Positions 1-10,776 of a stretch of DNA of 64,000 nucleotides are shown in pieces. The position numbers were made by a program, and so were the translations under genes. Under the pieces are notes generated by a model. The model was not told where the DNA came from. It searched no databases and was given only the letters and a program-made list of their open reading frames with translations. The stretch spans positions 1,056,001 to 1,120,000 of the forward strand of contig CAWKNZ010000002.1 of the NCBI GenBank assembly GCA_963851265.1, in the 5' to 3' direction. How positions within the stretch are numbered: the first letter of the stretch is position 1; every line of letters starts with the position of its first letter. The stretch comes from an uncultured Gemmatimonadales bacterium (GTDB lineage: Bacteria > Gemmatimonadota > Gemmatimonadetes > Gemmatimonadales > Gemmatimonadaceae).

Positions 1-169
1 TCGCGAGGATATCGTCGCCATTCACCTTGGCGACGACGGAGTTCGTCGTCAGGCGGCTGGCGCCGCCGCCGAGCAGCCCGGAGGTCTGACCGAAGAGGAA
101 GACGGCGACGAAAGCGGCGGCCATGATGACGACGAAATACTTGCCGCTGCTTCGCATCTGTTGCAGCAC
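1..169 (-). CDS. SurA N-terminal domain / PpiD-like peptidylprolyl isomerase (5' part only; runs off the window)
   Basis: Not in the ORF track. Manual translation from GTG at 169 gives MLQQMRSSGKYFVVIMAAAFVAVFLFGQTSGLLGGGASRLTTNSVVAKVNGDDI: an N-terminal TM anchor plus the VAKVNG motif of SurA_N/PpiD. SD GAGGAG lies upstream. Confidence 0.8.
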   Translation of the reverse strand, partial: MLQQMRSSGKYFVVIMAAAFVAVFLFGQTSGLLGGGASRLTTNSVVAKVNGDDILA

Positions 170-291
170 GGGGCGGAACTCCTCGCGGGGTAGAGCGGAT
201 GGTCGATGGGGCGCGCGACGGCCCCGAACGCGCGCGGCGCGCCGACGGCGGTATCGACCGTGGCGCGCCTCGGGCCGGAACGGAACCTCGA

Positions 292-321
292 AACGTACGA
301 GTCGCCGCGCGCTAAAGGCAA
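292..321 (-). promoter_or_regulatory. Putative sigma70 promoter for the SurA/PpiD-like gene
   Basis: Minus strand TTGCCT-N18-TACGTT, about 120 nt upstream of the start codon. Confidence 0.45.
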
Positions 322-364
322 GGGAACGTGAGACTTCGGCACCGGCGTTCGCGGGGCGCGCGCG

Positions 365-394
365 TTGACGCGTCCGTTCACGAGCGCGTATTCT
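365..394 (+). promoter_or_regulatory. Putative sigma70 promoter for the TPR-aroQ-peptidase operon
   Basis: TTGACG-N18-TATTCT in the divergent intergenic region. Confidence 0.55.
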
Positions 395-466
395 TCCCGC
401 TCGTCTTCACCGTTGCCCGCCTCTGCCGCCGCGTGCCGTTTGCCGCGACGGCGCCGCCCGCCTCCC

Positions 467-1792
467 ATGGCCGCCCCTGTCCGGATCGACGAGTTGCGGC
501 ATCGCTACGCCGCGCAGCCGCGCCGGTATCTCGCTCCACTTGCGAACGCGCTGCGGCAGGCGGGTGCGCTCGAGGAGGCGGTGACGATGTTGCGCGCGCA
601 GTTGGCGGAGTACCCCGATCACCTGACGGGCCACGTCGTGCTCGGGCAGGCGCTCTTCGATACCGGCGCCCTCGCCGACGCTCGCGTCGCGTTTGAGGCC
701 GCGCGTGCGCTCGACCCGGGGAACCGCGTCGTGCTGCGGCAACTCGGCGAAATCGCGAGTCTCGCAGGCGATCGTGAGGCCGCGCGGCGGTGGTTCGAGC
801 GGCTCCGGGCTGCCGAACCGTATGCCGACGACGTCGGCGTCCAGCTCGGCGGCGCGTCGTTCACGCCGCCCGAAGCCGAGGACGTCGACGGTGTCGCGGG
901 CGCGATCGAGCCGGATCGCGAGGTGCGCGGGCAGGTGATCGCGGCAGAGGTGCCGACGCTGGTGGCACCAGGACCGGAGCCCGAGGACGCCCGTGGTCCC
1001 GAGCTACTCGGCACCGACGCGTTCGAACCGCTCGAGTTCGCGCCGCACGAGTTCGCCCTGCACGAGCTTGCGCCGGTGACGACCGACACCGCCGCTTCGG
1101 AGCGCGTGGCGGTCGGAACGACGCAGGCCGACGCGGCTCCGCTCGATCCGGTGGTCGGGCTCGACCTCGCGCCGTCGGAAGCGCCAGCCGTCCTGGCCGA
1201 CGCCGACGTGGCCAACGCCGACGTGGCCAACGCCGACGTGGCCGATTCGCGCGCGTCGCGCGACGTCGGCCAGCTTCACGACGACGCCGCGGGGTTCGAG
1301 CACATCACCAACGGGCCGTTCGCGACCGAGACGATGGCCGGATTGCTCGCCGCACAGGGACACACCGACCAGGCGATCGCGCTGTACGAACGCCTGACAG
1401 CCGATCGCCCCGGCGATGCGGGGCTACGCGCCCGTCTGGGCGCGTTGCGCGGCGACGGGCCGAGCGACGCGCCCCCACCTGTGTCGCCGAGTTCGGCGCC
1501 CGTGAGCGGCACCAGCGACGCCGAACGGGGCGCGGTGCTCGCGGCCGCATTCGCGGACCCCTACGCGGATCTGTCGTTCGACCGGTTTTTCGCGGCCGCG
1601 CCTGCGGAGGCCGCGGGGCTCCCGCCATCGCCGCCGGCAAGAGCGGCGACGCCTTCGCCGCCCACGGGAGCGGCCGCGGCATCGAACGGCGACGATGCGT
1701 CGCTGGACACGCCGGACCCGATGCCTAACGGTGCGTCGGAGGATGCGGACCTGGCGCGGTTCGACACGTGGCTCCGCGACACGGCGGCGTGA
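467..1792 (+). CDS. Tetratricopeptide repeat protein with long acidic low-complexity linker
   Basis: N-terminal TPRs ([31 protein letters not shown]). Internal [26 protein letters not shown]-like motif. ATG at 467 chosen over TTG at 365. Confidence 0.8.
   Translation: MAAPVRIDELRHRYAAQPRRYLAPLANALRQAGALEEAVTMLRAQLAEYPDHLTGHVVLGQALFDTGALADARVAFEAARALDPGNRVVLRQLGEIASLAGDREAARRWFERLRAAEPYADDVGVQLGGASFTPPEAEDVDGVAGAIEPDREVRGQVIAAEVPTLVAPGPEPEDARGPELLGTDAFEPLEFAPHEFALHELAPVTTDTAASERVAVGTTQADAAPLDPVVGLDLAPSEAPAVLADADVANADVANADVADSRASRDVGQLHDDAAGFEHITNGPFATETMAGLLAAQGHTDQAIALYERLTADRPGDAGLRARLGALRGDGPSDAPPPVSPSSAPVSGTSDAERGAVLAAAFADPYADLSFDRFFAAAPAEAAGLPPSPPARAATPSPPTGAAAASNGDDASLDTPDPMPNGASEDADLARFDTWLRDTAA
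1202..1243 (+). repeat. In-frame 15-bp tandem repeat (GCCGACGTGGCCAAC, about 2.8 copies; peptide ADVAN)
   Basis: Direct reading: gccgacgtggccaac gccgacgtggccaac gccgacgtggcc. Confidence 0.9.
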
Positions 1793-1814
1793 CGGACCGC
1801 GCGATGCGCGGCCG

Positions 1815-2312
1815 ATGAGCGCGCCGTGGCGGGTCGCGGTGTTGAACGGCCCCAACCTGAACCTCCTCGGACGGCGCGAGCCGCAGCTGTATGGGCGCGA
1901 GACGCTGGCGGACGTCGAACGGCGGATGCGGATGCTGGGCGGTGACCTCGGCGCGGAGCTGTCGTTCGCGCAACACAACGGGGAGGGGGAACTCGTCAGC
2001 GCCGTGCACGCGTTCGCCGGCGCGGTCGACGCCGCAATCGTGAACGCGGGCGCGTACAGCCACACGAGTCTCGCATTGCGCGACGCGCTCGTCGGTGTCG
2101 CGGTCCCGTTCGTCGAAGTGCACGTCACCAACGTCTACGCCCGCGAGCGCGAGCGGCACCGATCGGCCCTCGCACCGGCGGCGGTCGGGACGATCGTCGG
2201 ATTCGGAATCTTCGGCTACGAACTCGCGCTCCGCGCGGTCGTCGCGGTTCTCGAGCGGACGCGCGGGTCGGCCGGCGCCGCACCGGCCTCATCGCCCGAC
2301 CACCGTTCATGA
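1815..2312 (+). CDS. aroQ: Type II 3-dehydroquinate dehydratase
   Basis: VLNGPNLNLLGRREPQLYG, NAGAYSHTSLALRDA and VEVHVTN motifs. Confidence 0.95.
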   Translation: MSAPWRVAVLNGPNLNLLGRREPQLYGRETLADVERRMRMLGGDLGAELSFAQHNGEGELVSAVHAFAGAVDAAIVNAGAYSHTSLALRDALVGVAVPFVEVHVTNVYARERERHRSALAPAAVGTIVGFGIFGYELALRAVVAVLERTRGSAGAAPASSPDHRS

Positions 2313-3400
2313 CTGACCACCGTTCCGCGCGCGTCGCGGCGCTCGTCGCACAGCTCGAGGTCGCGCACTTCGACGCGGTGCTGTTGACCGGACTCGCGAA
2401 CGTGCGCTACCTGACCGGGTTCAGCGGCACCAGCGCGCTCGCCGTCGTCACGCGTCGTGCCGACGTCCTGCTCATCACCGACTTCCGCTACCAGACGCAG
2501 GCCGCCGAACAGGTCGGGGGGGCCGCGCGCGTCGTCATCGAACAGGCGAGCCTCTGGAGCGGGCTCTGGCAGCAGCTGCCGCAGCTCGCGTACACGGAGG
2601 TCATCGGGTTCGAGAGTGCTCACCTCCTGCACCGCGACTTCCAGCGCCTGCTCGAAGCCGGGTCGCGCTGGTCGTGGCGCCCCACCACCGACCTCGTTGA
2701 GGCGTTGCGGGAGCGTAAGGACGCCGACGAGGTCGCGTGCGTACGGGCCGCGGGCGAGGTCGCGATGGCGGCGCTCGCGCGCACGCTCGACGACGTGAGG
2801 CCTGGGATGACGGAGCTGGGCGTGGCGGGGTTGCTCGAAGGGAACCTTCGCGCTGCCGGCAGCGAGGGGTTCCCGTTCGAAACCATCGTCGCAAGTGGGC
2901 CGCGTTCGGCGCTGCCGCATGCCCGCGCGTCCAATCGGGTGCTCGCGCGCGGCGACCTGCTGCTGGTCGACTTCGGAGCCGTGGTCGACGGCTACTGCGC
3001 GGACGTCACGCGCACGGTCGTCCTCGGGCCCCCGGACGACCGGCAGCGTGAGGTGCACGGGATCGTTCGAGCTGCCAACGAGCGCGCGTCGGCCCTGGTG
3101 CGCGCCGGCATGAGCGGGCGACAGGCCGACGCGCTGGCGCGCGACTTCATCGCCGCGCACGGTTTCGGCGACGCGTTCGGTCACTCGCTCGGGCACGGCC
3201 TCGGCCTCGAGGTGCACGAGGCGCCGCGCCTCGCGCGTACGGCTGACGCGGTCCTTCCGCCACAGGCCGTCGTCACGATCGAGCCGGGGATCTACCTGCC
3301 TGGTTGGGGCGGGGTTCGCGTCGAGGATGACGTGCACCTCGCGGCGGACGGTCCGGTGCTCCTGACCGACTTCTCGCGCGATCTGTTGACGATTTCGTAA
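2309..3400 (+). CDS. Xaa-Pro aminopeptidase (M24 family)
   Basis: NVRYLTGFSG creatinase N-domain; DFGA...YCADVTRT, HSLGHGLGLEVHE, TIEPGIY and GVRVED motifs; ATGA overlap with aroQ. Confidence 0.93.
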   Translation: MTDHRSARVAALVAQLEVAHFDAVLLTGLANVRYLTGFSGTSALAVVTRRADVLLITDFRYQTQAAEQVGGAARVVIEQASLWSGLWQQLPQLAYTEVIGFESAHLLHRDFQRLLEAGSRWSWRPTTDLVEALRERKDADEVACVRAAGEVAMAALARTLDDVRPGMTELGVAGLLEGNLRAAGSEGFPFETIVASGPRSALPHARASNRVLARGDLLLVDFGAVVDGYCADVTRTVVLGPPDDRQREVHGIVRAANERASALVRAGMSGRQADALARDFIAAHGFGDAFGHSLGHGLGLEVHEAPRLARTADAVLPPQAVVTIEPGIYLPGWGGVRVEDDVHLAADGPVLLTDFSRDLLTIS

Positions 3401-3571
3401 GCGGGCACGGGTGGTGGGGGCCGCCCGGCGCTCCCGTCCGCGTGCTCGTCGTGCTACCCTCCCCGGTCTTCCGCGGATTGGATCTCCGCGGGCCAGGCTT
3501 CCGCGCGCCGGGCGTTCGCCCGACCGCCGCGGCGTTCGCCGTCGCGCGTCGCGCTTCCTTCCTCGCTCCTG

Positions 3572-4099
3572 ATGATCGACCTCCGCTACGTCAAGAAGCT
3601 CATCGAGATGCTGGACGCGTCGTCCGTCGATTCGATCGAGATTTCGTCCGACAAGGGGATGAAGCTGCGCATCGCGAAGACGCCGACGCAGCGCGGCGCG
3701 CCGATGGTCGCCGCGCCCTTGCCCGCGGTTCCCGCGGTGCTCGCGGGCGGGGCGGTTGTTTCGGGCGCGCTGGGCGCCGCGACCGGCGCGGCACCGCTCG
3801 CGGCCGCTCCGGTCGCGGCGCCCGCGCCCGCCGCGCCCGCGCCGCCGACCCCGAGCGGAGTCGAGATCACCTCACCGATGGTCGGCACGTTCTACAGCTC
3901 GGCGGAGCCTGGCGCGCCGGCGTTCGTCACCGTCGGCCAGCGCGTGAGCAAGGGCCAGGTCGTGTGCATCATCGAGGCGATGAAGATCATGAACGAGATC
4001 GAGAGCGATCACGACGGCGTGGTCACGGCGGTTCTCGCCGAGAACGCCCACCCGGTCGAGTACGGACAGGCGCTGTACCGCGTCGATCCGAACGGCTGA
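3572..4099 (+). CDS. accB: Acetyl-CoA carboxylase biotin carboxyl carrier protein
   Basis: SPMVGTFY and EAMKIMNEI biotinylation motif; Ala/Pro-rich linker. Confidence 0.97.
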   Translation: MIDLRYVKKLIEMLDASSVDSIEISSDKGMKLRIAKTPTQRGAPMVAAPLPAVPAVLAGGAVVSGALGAATGAAPLAAAPVAAPAPAAPAPPTPSGVEITSPMVGTFYSSAEPGAPAFVTVGQRVSKGQVVCIIEAMKIMNEIESDHDGVVTAVLAENAHPVEYGQALYRVDPNG

Positions 4100-4112
4100 C
4101 GCGTCGCGCTTC

Positions 4113-5537
4113 GTGTTCAACAAGGTTCTCATCGCCAACCGGGGCGAGATCGCGCTCCGCGTCATCCGCGCCTGCCGCGAGCTCGGCGTCGACGCCGTTG
4201 CGGTCTACTCCGAGGCGGACCGTGAATCGCTGCACGTGCGCTTCGCGGACGACGACGTGTGCATCGGCCCGGCGGCGGGTCGCGAATCGTACCTCAACAT
4301 CCCGCGGCTGATAGCGGCCGCGGAAATCACCGGCGCCGACGCGATCCACCCGGGCTACGGATTCCTGGCCGAGAACGCGGAGTTCGCCGAGACGTGCGCG
4401 GCGAGCGGCATTGCGTTCATCGGTCCGACCGCGTCACAGATCCGCACGATGGGCGACAAGTCGGCGGCGCGCCGCGCGATGGCCGACGTGGGCGTTCCGA
4501 TCGTGCCCGGCACGCCCGGCCCCGTCGAAGACCCCGCCGAGGCGCTCGGCTTCGCCGAAACGATCGGTTTTCCGGTCATCATCAAGGCGGCGGCCGGCGG
4601 GGGCGGGAAGGGGATGCGCGTCTCGCACGACCCGGACGACTTCCTGCGGGCGTTCCAGCTCGCACGCTCGGAAGCGTTAGGCGCGTTCGGGAACGGCGAC
4701 GTGTACATCGAGAAGTACCTCGAGCGCCCGCGCCACGTCGAGTTCCAGATCCTCGGCGACCAGTTCGGCCACGTGATCCACCTCGGCGAGCGCGACTGCT
4801 CGGTGCAGCGGCGGCACCAGAAGCTCGTCGAGGAGGCGCCGTGTCCGGTGATCACGCCCGAGCTGCGCGAGGCCATGGGCGATGCGGCCGTTCGCGGTGC
4901 GAAGGCGATCGACTACGTCGGCGCGGGCACGGTCGAGATGCTGCTCAACGCGGACGGCGCGTTCTACTTCATGGAGATGAACACGCGCATCCAGGTCGAG
5001 CACCCGGTCACGGAGATGCTGACCGGCGTGGACCTCGTGAAGGAGCAGATCCGCGTCGCCGCCGGGGAGCCGCTCTCGGTCCGTGCGATGCCGCCGCTGC
5101 GCGGGCACGTGATCGAGTGCCGCGTGAATGCGGAGGACCCGACGCGCAACTTCCAGCCATCGCCTGGTCACATCACGACCTTTCACCCGCCCGGCGGGCC
5201 GGGCGTGCGTCTCGACACGCACGTGTACGCGGGCTACACGGTGCCGCCCTACTACGACTCGCTCATCGCCAAGCTGATCGTCCAAGGGAGCGACCGGGAG
5301 GAGGCACTCCGGCGCATGCAACTCGCGCTCGAGACGTTCATCATCGAGGGCGTCGCGACGACGATGCCGTTTCTCGCCGTGGTGATGCAGGATGCGCAGT
5401 TCCGAGCGGCGGACGTTGACACGAAGTGGTTGGAGCGCAATTTCGACCGCCTCCGCGGCGAACTCGCGCAGGCCGAGCAGGCCCGCGCCGACGCGGCGCG
5501 CGTCGAGCCGCGCGCGATCACGCACGTCCCGCGGTAG
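4113..5537 (+). CDS. accC: Acetyl-CoA carboxylase biotin carboxylase subunit
   Basis: [35 protein letters not shown] and [10 protein letters not shown] motifs. Confidence 0.97.
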   Translation: MFNKVLIANRGEIALRVIRACRELGVDAVAVYSEADRESLHVRFADDDVCIGPAAGRESYLNIPRLIAAAEITGADAIHPGYGFLAENAEFAETCAASGIAFIGPTASQIRTMGDKSAARRAMADVGVPIVPGTPGPVEDPAEALGFAETIGFPVIIKAAAGGGGKGMRVSHDPDDFLRAFQLARSEALGAFGNGDVYIEKYLERPRHVEFQILGDQFGHVIHLGERDCSVQRRHQKLVEEAPCPVITPELREAMGDAAVRGAKAIDYVGAGTVEMLLNADGAFYFMEMNTRIQVEHPVTEMLTGVDLVKEQIRVAAGEPLSVRAMPPLRGHVIECRVNAEDPTRNFQPSPGHITTFHPPGGPGVRLDTHVYAGYTVPPYYDSLIAKLIVQGSDREEALRRMQLALETFIIEGVATTMPFLAVVMQDAQFRAADVDTKWLERNFDRLRGELAQAEQARADAARVEPRAITHVPR

Positions 5538-5669
5538 CGGGGCGCGTCACAGCGGTCGCGTGCCCGGCGCCCGGTTCGGCGTCGGCGCCGCGCCGAGGTG
5601 GGCCGTGCGGCGCGACACGCCGCGCGTAGATTCGTGGAAGGGTTCGGACCGCGCGTCGCGCACACGAGG

Positions 5670-8201
5670 ATGATGACGGCTTTGCGGGGATGGGTGGCGG
5701 CCGCGTTTGGGACGGGCGCGGCTCACGACGCGGGGGTCGCGCTCTCCCCCGAGCGTGCGCGGCGGCGCGAGTACGAGCGCTCGGAACTGGCCGGGCTGGC
5801 GTGGCTCGCGCTCGGGCTGTTCCTCGCCGTCGCGCTCGGGCTCAAGGCCGTACAGACCGCCTTCGGCCACGCGGGCGGCGGCTTGGGTGCGGTCGGCTCG
5901 TTCGCGGCCGGCGCGCTCGTGACCGCCCTCGGCTGGAGCGGCGCCGTGCTCGTGCCCGCGGCGCCGCTCGCGCACGCGCTGCGCGGCTTCGGGCGCCTCG
6001 CGCCGGCGGACGACCGGCGCTGGCTCGCATTGTTAGGCGGCCTCGCGCTGCTCGTCCCAGTCGCCGTGGCCCTCGCCGTCGGTGCGGGTCGCGGCGAACT
6101 CAGCGCGGCGGCCGGGCTCTGGGGCGGGTTCGCCGCGTTCTCCGCGCGCGAGTTGTTAGGGACGGCCGGCGGCTGGATCGTCGTGCTGTTCGCGTCGTCG
6201 GCGCTCCTCGTGCGCACCGTGGCGTGGAATCCGGTTCGCGCGCTGCTCCGCCCGCGCCGGCGCGGCGCGCCCGTGCTCACGTATGCGGAGGTCCTCGGCG
6301 ATGAGACGCCCGCGGATCGCGGGCGACGCGGGCGCAGGAAGTCGCTGCCGCTGGACCTTGCGCGTGCGCTCGAACCCGCGCCGGAGGAGATGCCAGCCGC
6401 GGATCGCGCGATGCTCGAAGCCGCCAGGGAGTTTCCGCGCCCGGCCGCGGCCGGAGACGGGAGCGGTGTCGCGTCCGCGGTGGCCGAGGTCGAGGGCGCG
6501 CGCCGCGGCAAGAAGGTGCGCGGTGGCACGCTGGGCGTCGCGCAGCCGGTGCTCGAACAGATCCGGAGCGACGTGGCCGCCGAAGCCGCCGCGGAGGCGG
6601 GCGGCGCCGAAGTGCTCGCCGAACGGCCGCCGCGCGAGCTGCTGGACGCGGCGCCGCCGCGGAACTCCGAGGTGAGTCGGCGCGAGCTGGACCTCGCGGG
6701 CGCGCGGCTCGAGGAGGTGCTGCGGACGTTCCGCATCGACGGCCAGATCACCGGGCGCACGGTCGGGCCGACGGTGACGCAGTTCGAGTACACGCCCGCG
6801 GCCGGCGTGAAGGTACGGCAGATCGCGTCGCTCGCGGACGACCTGGCGCTCGCGATGCGCGCGCCGAGTATCCGCATCGTCGCACCGATTCCGGGCAAGG
6901 GAGCCGTCGGCATCGAGGTGCCCAACGCGACGCGCGAGATGGTCGCGTTCCGCGACCTCGTCGAGAGTCGCGAGTTTCAGGACGCGAAAGCTGCGCTGCC
7001 TGTCGCGTTGGGCAAGGATCTCGAAGGGCGCACGATCGTCGCCGACCTCGCCAAGATGCCGCACCTGCTCATCGCGGGCGCGACGGGCGCCGGGAAAAGC
7101 GTGTGCGTGAACACGATCATCACGTCGCTCGTCTACCGGCACACGCCGCGGACGCTGCGCTTCCTGATGGTAGACCCGAAGATGGTCGAGCTGTCGGTGT
7201 ACAACGACCTGCCGCACATGCGGCACAAAGTGATCACCGACAGCAAGGACGCCGCCGCCGTTCTCAAGTGGGCGCTCATGGAGATGGAGGAGCGCTACGC
7301 GCTGCTGGCCGAAAACGGCTGCCGCAACCTCCAGGACTTCAACCGGCGCGTGCGCCAGCACGCCGACGGTGCGGGCGCCCCGTTGAAGGCGAAGGTCCCG
7401 TCCGACACGGGCTTTCTGTACAACGAGTACACGAAGGGCGAGTTGCCGTACGTCGTCGTGGTGATCGACGAGATGGCCGACCTGATGATGACCGTGCAGG
7501 GCGAGGTCGAGACGCCGATCGCGCGCCTGGCGCAGAAGGCGCGCGCGATCGGGATCCACCTCATCATCGCGACGCAGCGGCCGAGCGTGAATGTCATCAC
7601 CGGTCTGATCAAGGCGAACTTCCCGAGCCGCATCGCGTTCCGGGTCGCGTCGCAAATCGACAGTCGCACCATCATCGACGGCGCCGGGGCCGAGTTGCTG
7701 CTCGGGAACGGCGACCTGCTCTTCATTCCGCCGGGCAGCAGCGCGCCGTCGCGCATCCAGGGCGCGTACCTGTCGAGCGAGGAGACCGAGCGCCTGATGG
7801 GTTGGTACCGCGACCGGGCCGAAGGGACCTCGGCGGAAGGGCGCGCGCGGGCCGCCGGTGTGGACGCGGAGATCGCGGCGCGCGACGGCGACGAGGAGGA
7901 CATCCTCGAGGTCGTGCGCCGTCGCGAGGCGCTCGACGCCGGGTCCGGCGCGGGCGACGACGAGCCAGCGGCGGGCGAACGCGACAAGCTGTTCTACGAG
8001 GCGGCAGAGGCGTGTATCCAGCACCAGGGCGGGTCCACGTCGTTGCTCCAGCGCCGGCTGAAGATCGGGTACGGTCGTGCCGCGCGGATCATCGATCAGC
8101 TGAACGCGGCCGGCGTACTCGGGCCGCCCGACGGTTCGAAGCCGCGCGACGTGCTCGTCGGGCTCGAAGACCTGCACCGGCTCCCCGCCGGGCGCGAGTG
8201 A
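5670..8201 (+). CDS. ftsK: DNA translocase FtsK
   Basis: N-terminal 4TM region, Walker A GATGAGKS, IDEMADLMM, ATQRPSV, gamma domain (SLLQRRLKIGYGRAARIID); start approximate. Confidence 0.95.
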   Translation: MMTALRGWVAAAFGTGAAHDAGVALSPERARRREYERSELAGLAWLALGLFLAVALGLKAVQTAFGHAGGGLGAVGSFAAGALVTALGWSGAVLVPAAPLAHALRGFGRLAPADDRRWLALLGGLALLVPVAVALAVGAGRGELSAAAGLWGGFAAFSARELLGTAGGWIVVLFASSALLVRTVAWNPVRALLRPRRRGAPVLTYAEVLGDETPADRGRRGRRKSLPLDLARALEPAPEEMPAADRAMLEAAREFPRPAAAGDGSGVASAVAEVEGARRGKKVRGGTLGVAQPVLEQIRSDVAAEAAAEAGGAEVLAERPPRELLDAAPPRNSEVSRRELDLAGARLEEVLRTFRIDGQITGRTVGPTVTQFEYTPAAGVKVRQIASLADDLALAMRAPSIRIVAPIPGKGAVGIEVPNATREMVAFRDLVESREFQDAKAALPVALGKDLEGRTIVADLAKMPHLLIAGATGAGKSVCVNTIITSLVYRHTPRTLRFLMVDPKMVELSVYNDLPHMRHKVITDSKDAAAVLKWALMEMEERYALLAENGCRNLQDFNRRVRQHADGAGAPLKAKVPSDTGFLYNEYTKGELPYVVVVIDEMADLMMTVQGEVETPIARLAQKARAIGIHLIIATQRPSVNVITGLIKANFPSRIAFRVASQIDSRTIIDGAGAELLLGNGDLLFIPPGSSAPSRIQGAYLSSEETERLMGWYRDRAEGTSAEGRARAAGVDAEIAARDGDEEDILEVVRRREALDAGSGAGDDEPAAGERDKLFYEAAEACIQHQGGSTSLLQRRLKIGYGRAARIIDQLNAAGVLGPPDGSKPRDVLVGLEDLHRLPAGRE

Positions 8202-8231
8202 GCGTCGCACGCGACGACGATCGGTGAGCGT

Positions 8232-9059
8232 GTGATCCTGCTCGACCCCGACGCCCGGCTCGTCATCGCGCATCGCGGGGATTCGGCGCACGCGCCGGAG
8301 AATACGATCGAGAGTTTCGCTCGGGCCGTCGAGTTGGGCGCGCACGCGCTCGAATTCGACTGTCGCGTGTCGGCGGACGGCGTCGCGATGGTCGTGCACG
8401 ACGAGATGCTGGACCGGACCACCGACGCGCGCGGCCTTGTACGCGCGCTGACCGCCGACAGGTTAGGTGAGGTCGACGCGGGCGCGCGCTTCGTCGCCGA
8501 CCGCGCCGGCTCGCGTCCCTTCGCCGGGCGCGGGATCGGGGTGCCCACGCTCGACGCGGTCCTCGGTGCGTTCCCGGGAGTCCCCGTGCTGATCGAGGTC
8601 AAGGAACTCGCCGCGTGTGACGCCGTGCGCGCCACGCTGGATCGTCATGCCGCAGTCGATCGCGCAGTCGTCGCATCGTTCCGCGACGACGTGGTGGCCT
8701 ACTTCCGCGGGACGGCGTACCCGACGGGCGCGGCGCAGGGGGACGTGGTCCGACTGCTCCGTGCGGCGGTCACGGGCGGACGCATCGTCCCGGCGTACCG
8801 CGCGGCGTCGATCCCACCGTCGTACCGCGGGCTTCCGCTGCCGCTCGGACGATTCGCGCGGCTACTCGCTCCGTTCGGCGTACCCGTGCACGTGTGGACG
8901 GTCGACGACGCGCGCGCGGCCACGCGGCTGTGGGATGTGGGCGTGAGCGGGATCGTGTCGAATGCCCCGGGCGTCGTGCTCCACGCGCTGCGCGGGCGCC
9001 AACCGACCGGCCGCGAACCGTCCGGGCGCGGTGGGCAGGCGGTCGCGCGCGAGGTTTGA
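8232..9059 (+). CDS. Glycerophosphodiester phosphodiesterase family protein
   Basis: IAHRG..APENT, EFDCR.SADG, HD..LDRTT and VHVWTVD motifs. Confidence 0.93.
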   Translation: MILLDPDARLVIAHRGDSAHAPENTIESFARAVELGAHALEFDCRVSADGVAMVVHDEMLDRTTDARGLVRALTADRLGEVDAGARFVADRAGSRPFAGRGIGVPTLDAVLGAFPGVPVLIEVKELAACDAVRATLDRHAAVDRAVVASFRDDVVAYFRGTAYPTGAAQGDVVRLLRAAVTGGRIVPAYRAASIPPSYRGLPLPLGRFARLLAPFGVPVHVWTVDDARAATRLWDVGVSGIVSNAPGVVLHALRGRQPTGREPSGRGGQAVAREV

Positions 9060-9117
9060 GCCCACTTTGACACGTTCTGATGCACGCGGAACGGGACGTC
9101 TCGCGTAGCCTGGGCCC

Positions 9118-9585
9118 GTGCTCAACATCTCAAGCGCCCGAGCGCAGGCCGCGCTCGCAAGACGACCGACGGTGGACGCGTCGCGACCGGCGGCCGACGT
9201 CGAGGCTTGCGTCGACCCGCGGCAGGCGCTCGGGATCGCCGGTGAGCGCGTCGCGGAGCGGTGGCTGCGGGCTCGCGGATGGACGGTCGTGAGTCGTCGA
9301 TTCCGATCGGGCCACCGCGATCTCGACCTCGTGGTCGCGCGTCCGGGGCTGGTCGCGTTCGTCGAGGTGAAGGCGCGTCGGGGCCCCGCGTTCGGCGGTC
9401 CTCTGGAAGCCGTACACTGGCGGAAGCGGCGCGAACTGGTGCGGAGCGCGCACGCATGGATCGCGCGTCACGGGGGCGGCGCGACGGCGTACCGATTCGA
9501 CGTGATCGGGGTAGTGTTCGGCCGTGGCAAGAGGCCCGTCGTGCGGGTTCGACACGTCGCGGACGCGTTCCAAGTGCCCACGTGA
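9118..9585 (+). CDS. YraN family (UPF0102) endonuclease-like protein
   Basis: LG..GE..A.RWL...G, DLDLV, FVEVKAR and YRFDVI motifs; start uncertain (9118 or later). Confidence 0.88.
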   Translation: MLNISSARAQAALARRPTVDASRPAADVEACVDPRQALGIAGERVAERWLRARGWTVVSRRFRSGHRDLDLVVARPGLVAFVEVKARRGPAFGGPLEAVHWRKRRELVRSAHAWIARHGGGATAYRFDVIGVVFGRGKRPVVRVRHVADAFQVPT

Positions 9586-9612
9586 CAACACGTTACAACG
9601 CACTCGCGGCGC

Positions 9613-9645
9613 TTGCGCCTGCGGTGACTTCTTCGTATTTTGTTC
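9613..9645 (+). promoter_or_regulatory. Putative recA promoter with an overlapping candidate operator
   Basis: TTGCGC-N17-TATTTT; CTTC-N7-GTTC (9631-9645) straddles the -10 element. Confidence 0.45.
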
Positions 9646-9732
9646 GGGTGCTTCACGTCCTCGTCCTGTCGTCCGGCAGGCGACGTCGTGCGGGCAGTTG
9701 CGGCCAGGACCCTTCAACGACTTGAGGCGAGT

Positions 9733-10776
9733 ATGGCGACGACGGTGCAAGGCGACGACAAGAAGAAGGCGTTGAACCTGGCCATTGCGCAGATCGAGAA
9801 GAATTGCGGCAAGGGCTCGATCATGCGCATGGGGACGGACACGAAGGTCAAGGTCGAGTCGATCCCGACGGGCGCGATCAACCTCGACGCGGCGATCGGG
9901 ATCGGCGGCGTGCCGAAGGGTCGTATCACGGAGATCTACGGGCCGGAGTCGTCGGGGAAGACGACGCTCTGTCTGCACGTCGTCGCGAACGCGCAGAAGG
10001 CGGGAGGCGTCGCGGCCTACATCGACGCGGAGCACGCGCTCGACACCGAGTATGCACGGAAGCTTGGCGTCGACATCGAGGCGCTGCTGATTTCGCAGCC
10101 GGACACCGGTGAGCAGGCGCTCGAGATCTGCGACATCCTCGTGCGCTCGGGCGCCGTCGACGTGATCGTGATCGACTCGGTGGCCGCGCTCGTACCGAAG
10201 GCGGAGATTGAGGGCGACATGGGGGATAGCCACGTCGGGCTGCAGGCGCGCCTCATGAGTCAGGCGCTCCGGAAGCTGACCGGTGCGATCGCTCGCTCGA
10301 AGACTTCCGTGGTGTTCATCAACCAGCTGCGCGAGAAGATCGGCGTGATGTTCGGCAACCCGGAGACGACGACGGGTGGCAAGGCGCTCAAGTTCTACGC
10401 GTCGGTGCGCATGGACATTCGGCGTATCGGACCGGTGAAGGACAAGGAGGACGTGGTGGGCTCGCACGTCCGCGTGAAGGTGGTGAAGAACAAGGTCGCG
10501 CCGCCGTTCCGTCAGGCGGAGTTCGACATCATGTACGCCGAGGGGATCAGCCACGCGTCGCTCGTGCTCGACATCGCGAGTGAGGCGGGGATCATCGAGA
10601 AGTCGGGCGCGTGGTACAGCTACCAGGGTCAGCGGATCGGGCAGGGGCGTGAGAACGCGAAGATGTTCCTGAAGGACAACCCGACCCTGATGGCCGACGT
10701 CGAGGAGAAGGTGAAGGGCATCCTCGGCATTACGGGCGAGGTTGGCGCGGAGACGGCGGAACCCGGCGAGGAGTGA
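9733..10776 (+). CDS. recA: Recombinase RecA
   Basis: [31 protein letters not shown] and [10 protein letters not shown] motifs; SD GAGG before ATG 9733. Confidence 0.99.
   Translation: MATTVQGDDKKKALNLAIAQIEKNCGKGSIMRMGTDTKVKVESIPTGAINLDAAIGIGGVPKGRITEIYGPESSGKTTLCLHVVANAQKAGGVAAYIDAEHALDTEYARKLGVDIEALLISQPDTGEQALEICDILVRSGAVDVIVIDSVAALVPKAEIEGDMGDSHVGLQARLMSQALRKLTGAIARSKTSVVFINQLREKIGVMFGNPETTTGGKALKFYASVRMDIRRIGPVKDKEDVVGSHVRVKVVKNKVAPPFRQAEFDIMYAEGISHASLVLDIASEAGIIEKSGAWYSYQGQRIGQGRENAKMFLKDNPTLMADVEEKVKGILGITGEVGAETAEPGEE

Noticed and set aside
6156..8399. Long antisense and alternative-frame ORFs (e.g. 6156-8399 -, 17682-19571 -, 37595-39649 -, 59943-62117 +)
   Set aside because: Arg/Ala/Pro-rich shadow ORFs of real genes, caused by stop-codon scarcity at high GC; no recognisable motifs.
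9067..9092. TTGACA and GTTC-N11-GAAC upstream of YraN as a promoter or SOS box
   Set aside because: No -10 element at the proper spacing, and the spacer fits no LexA motif I know.
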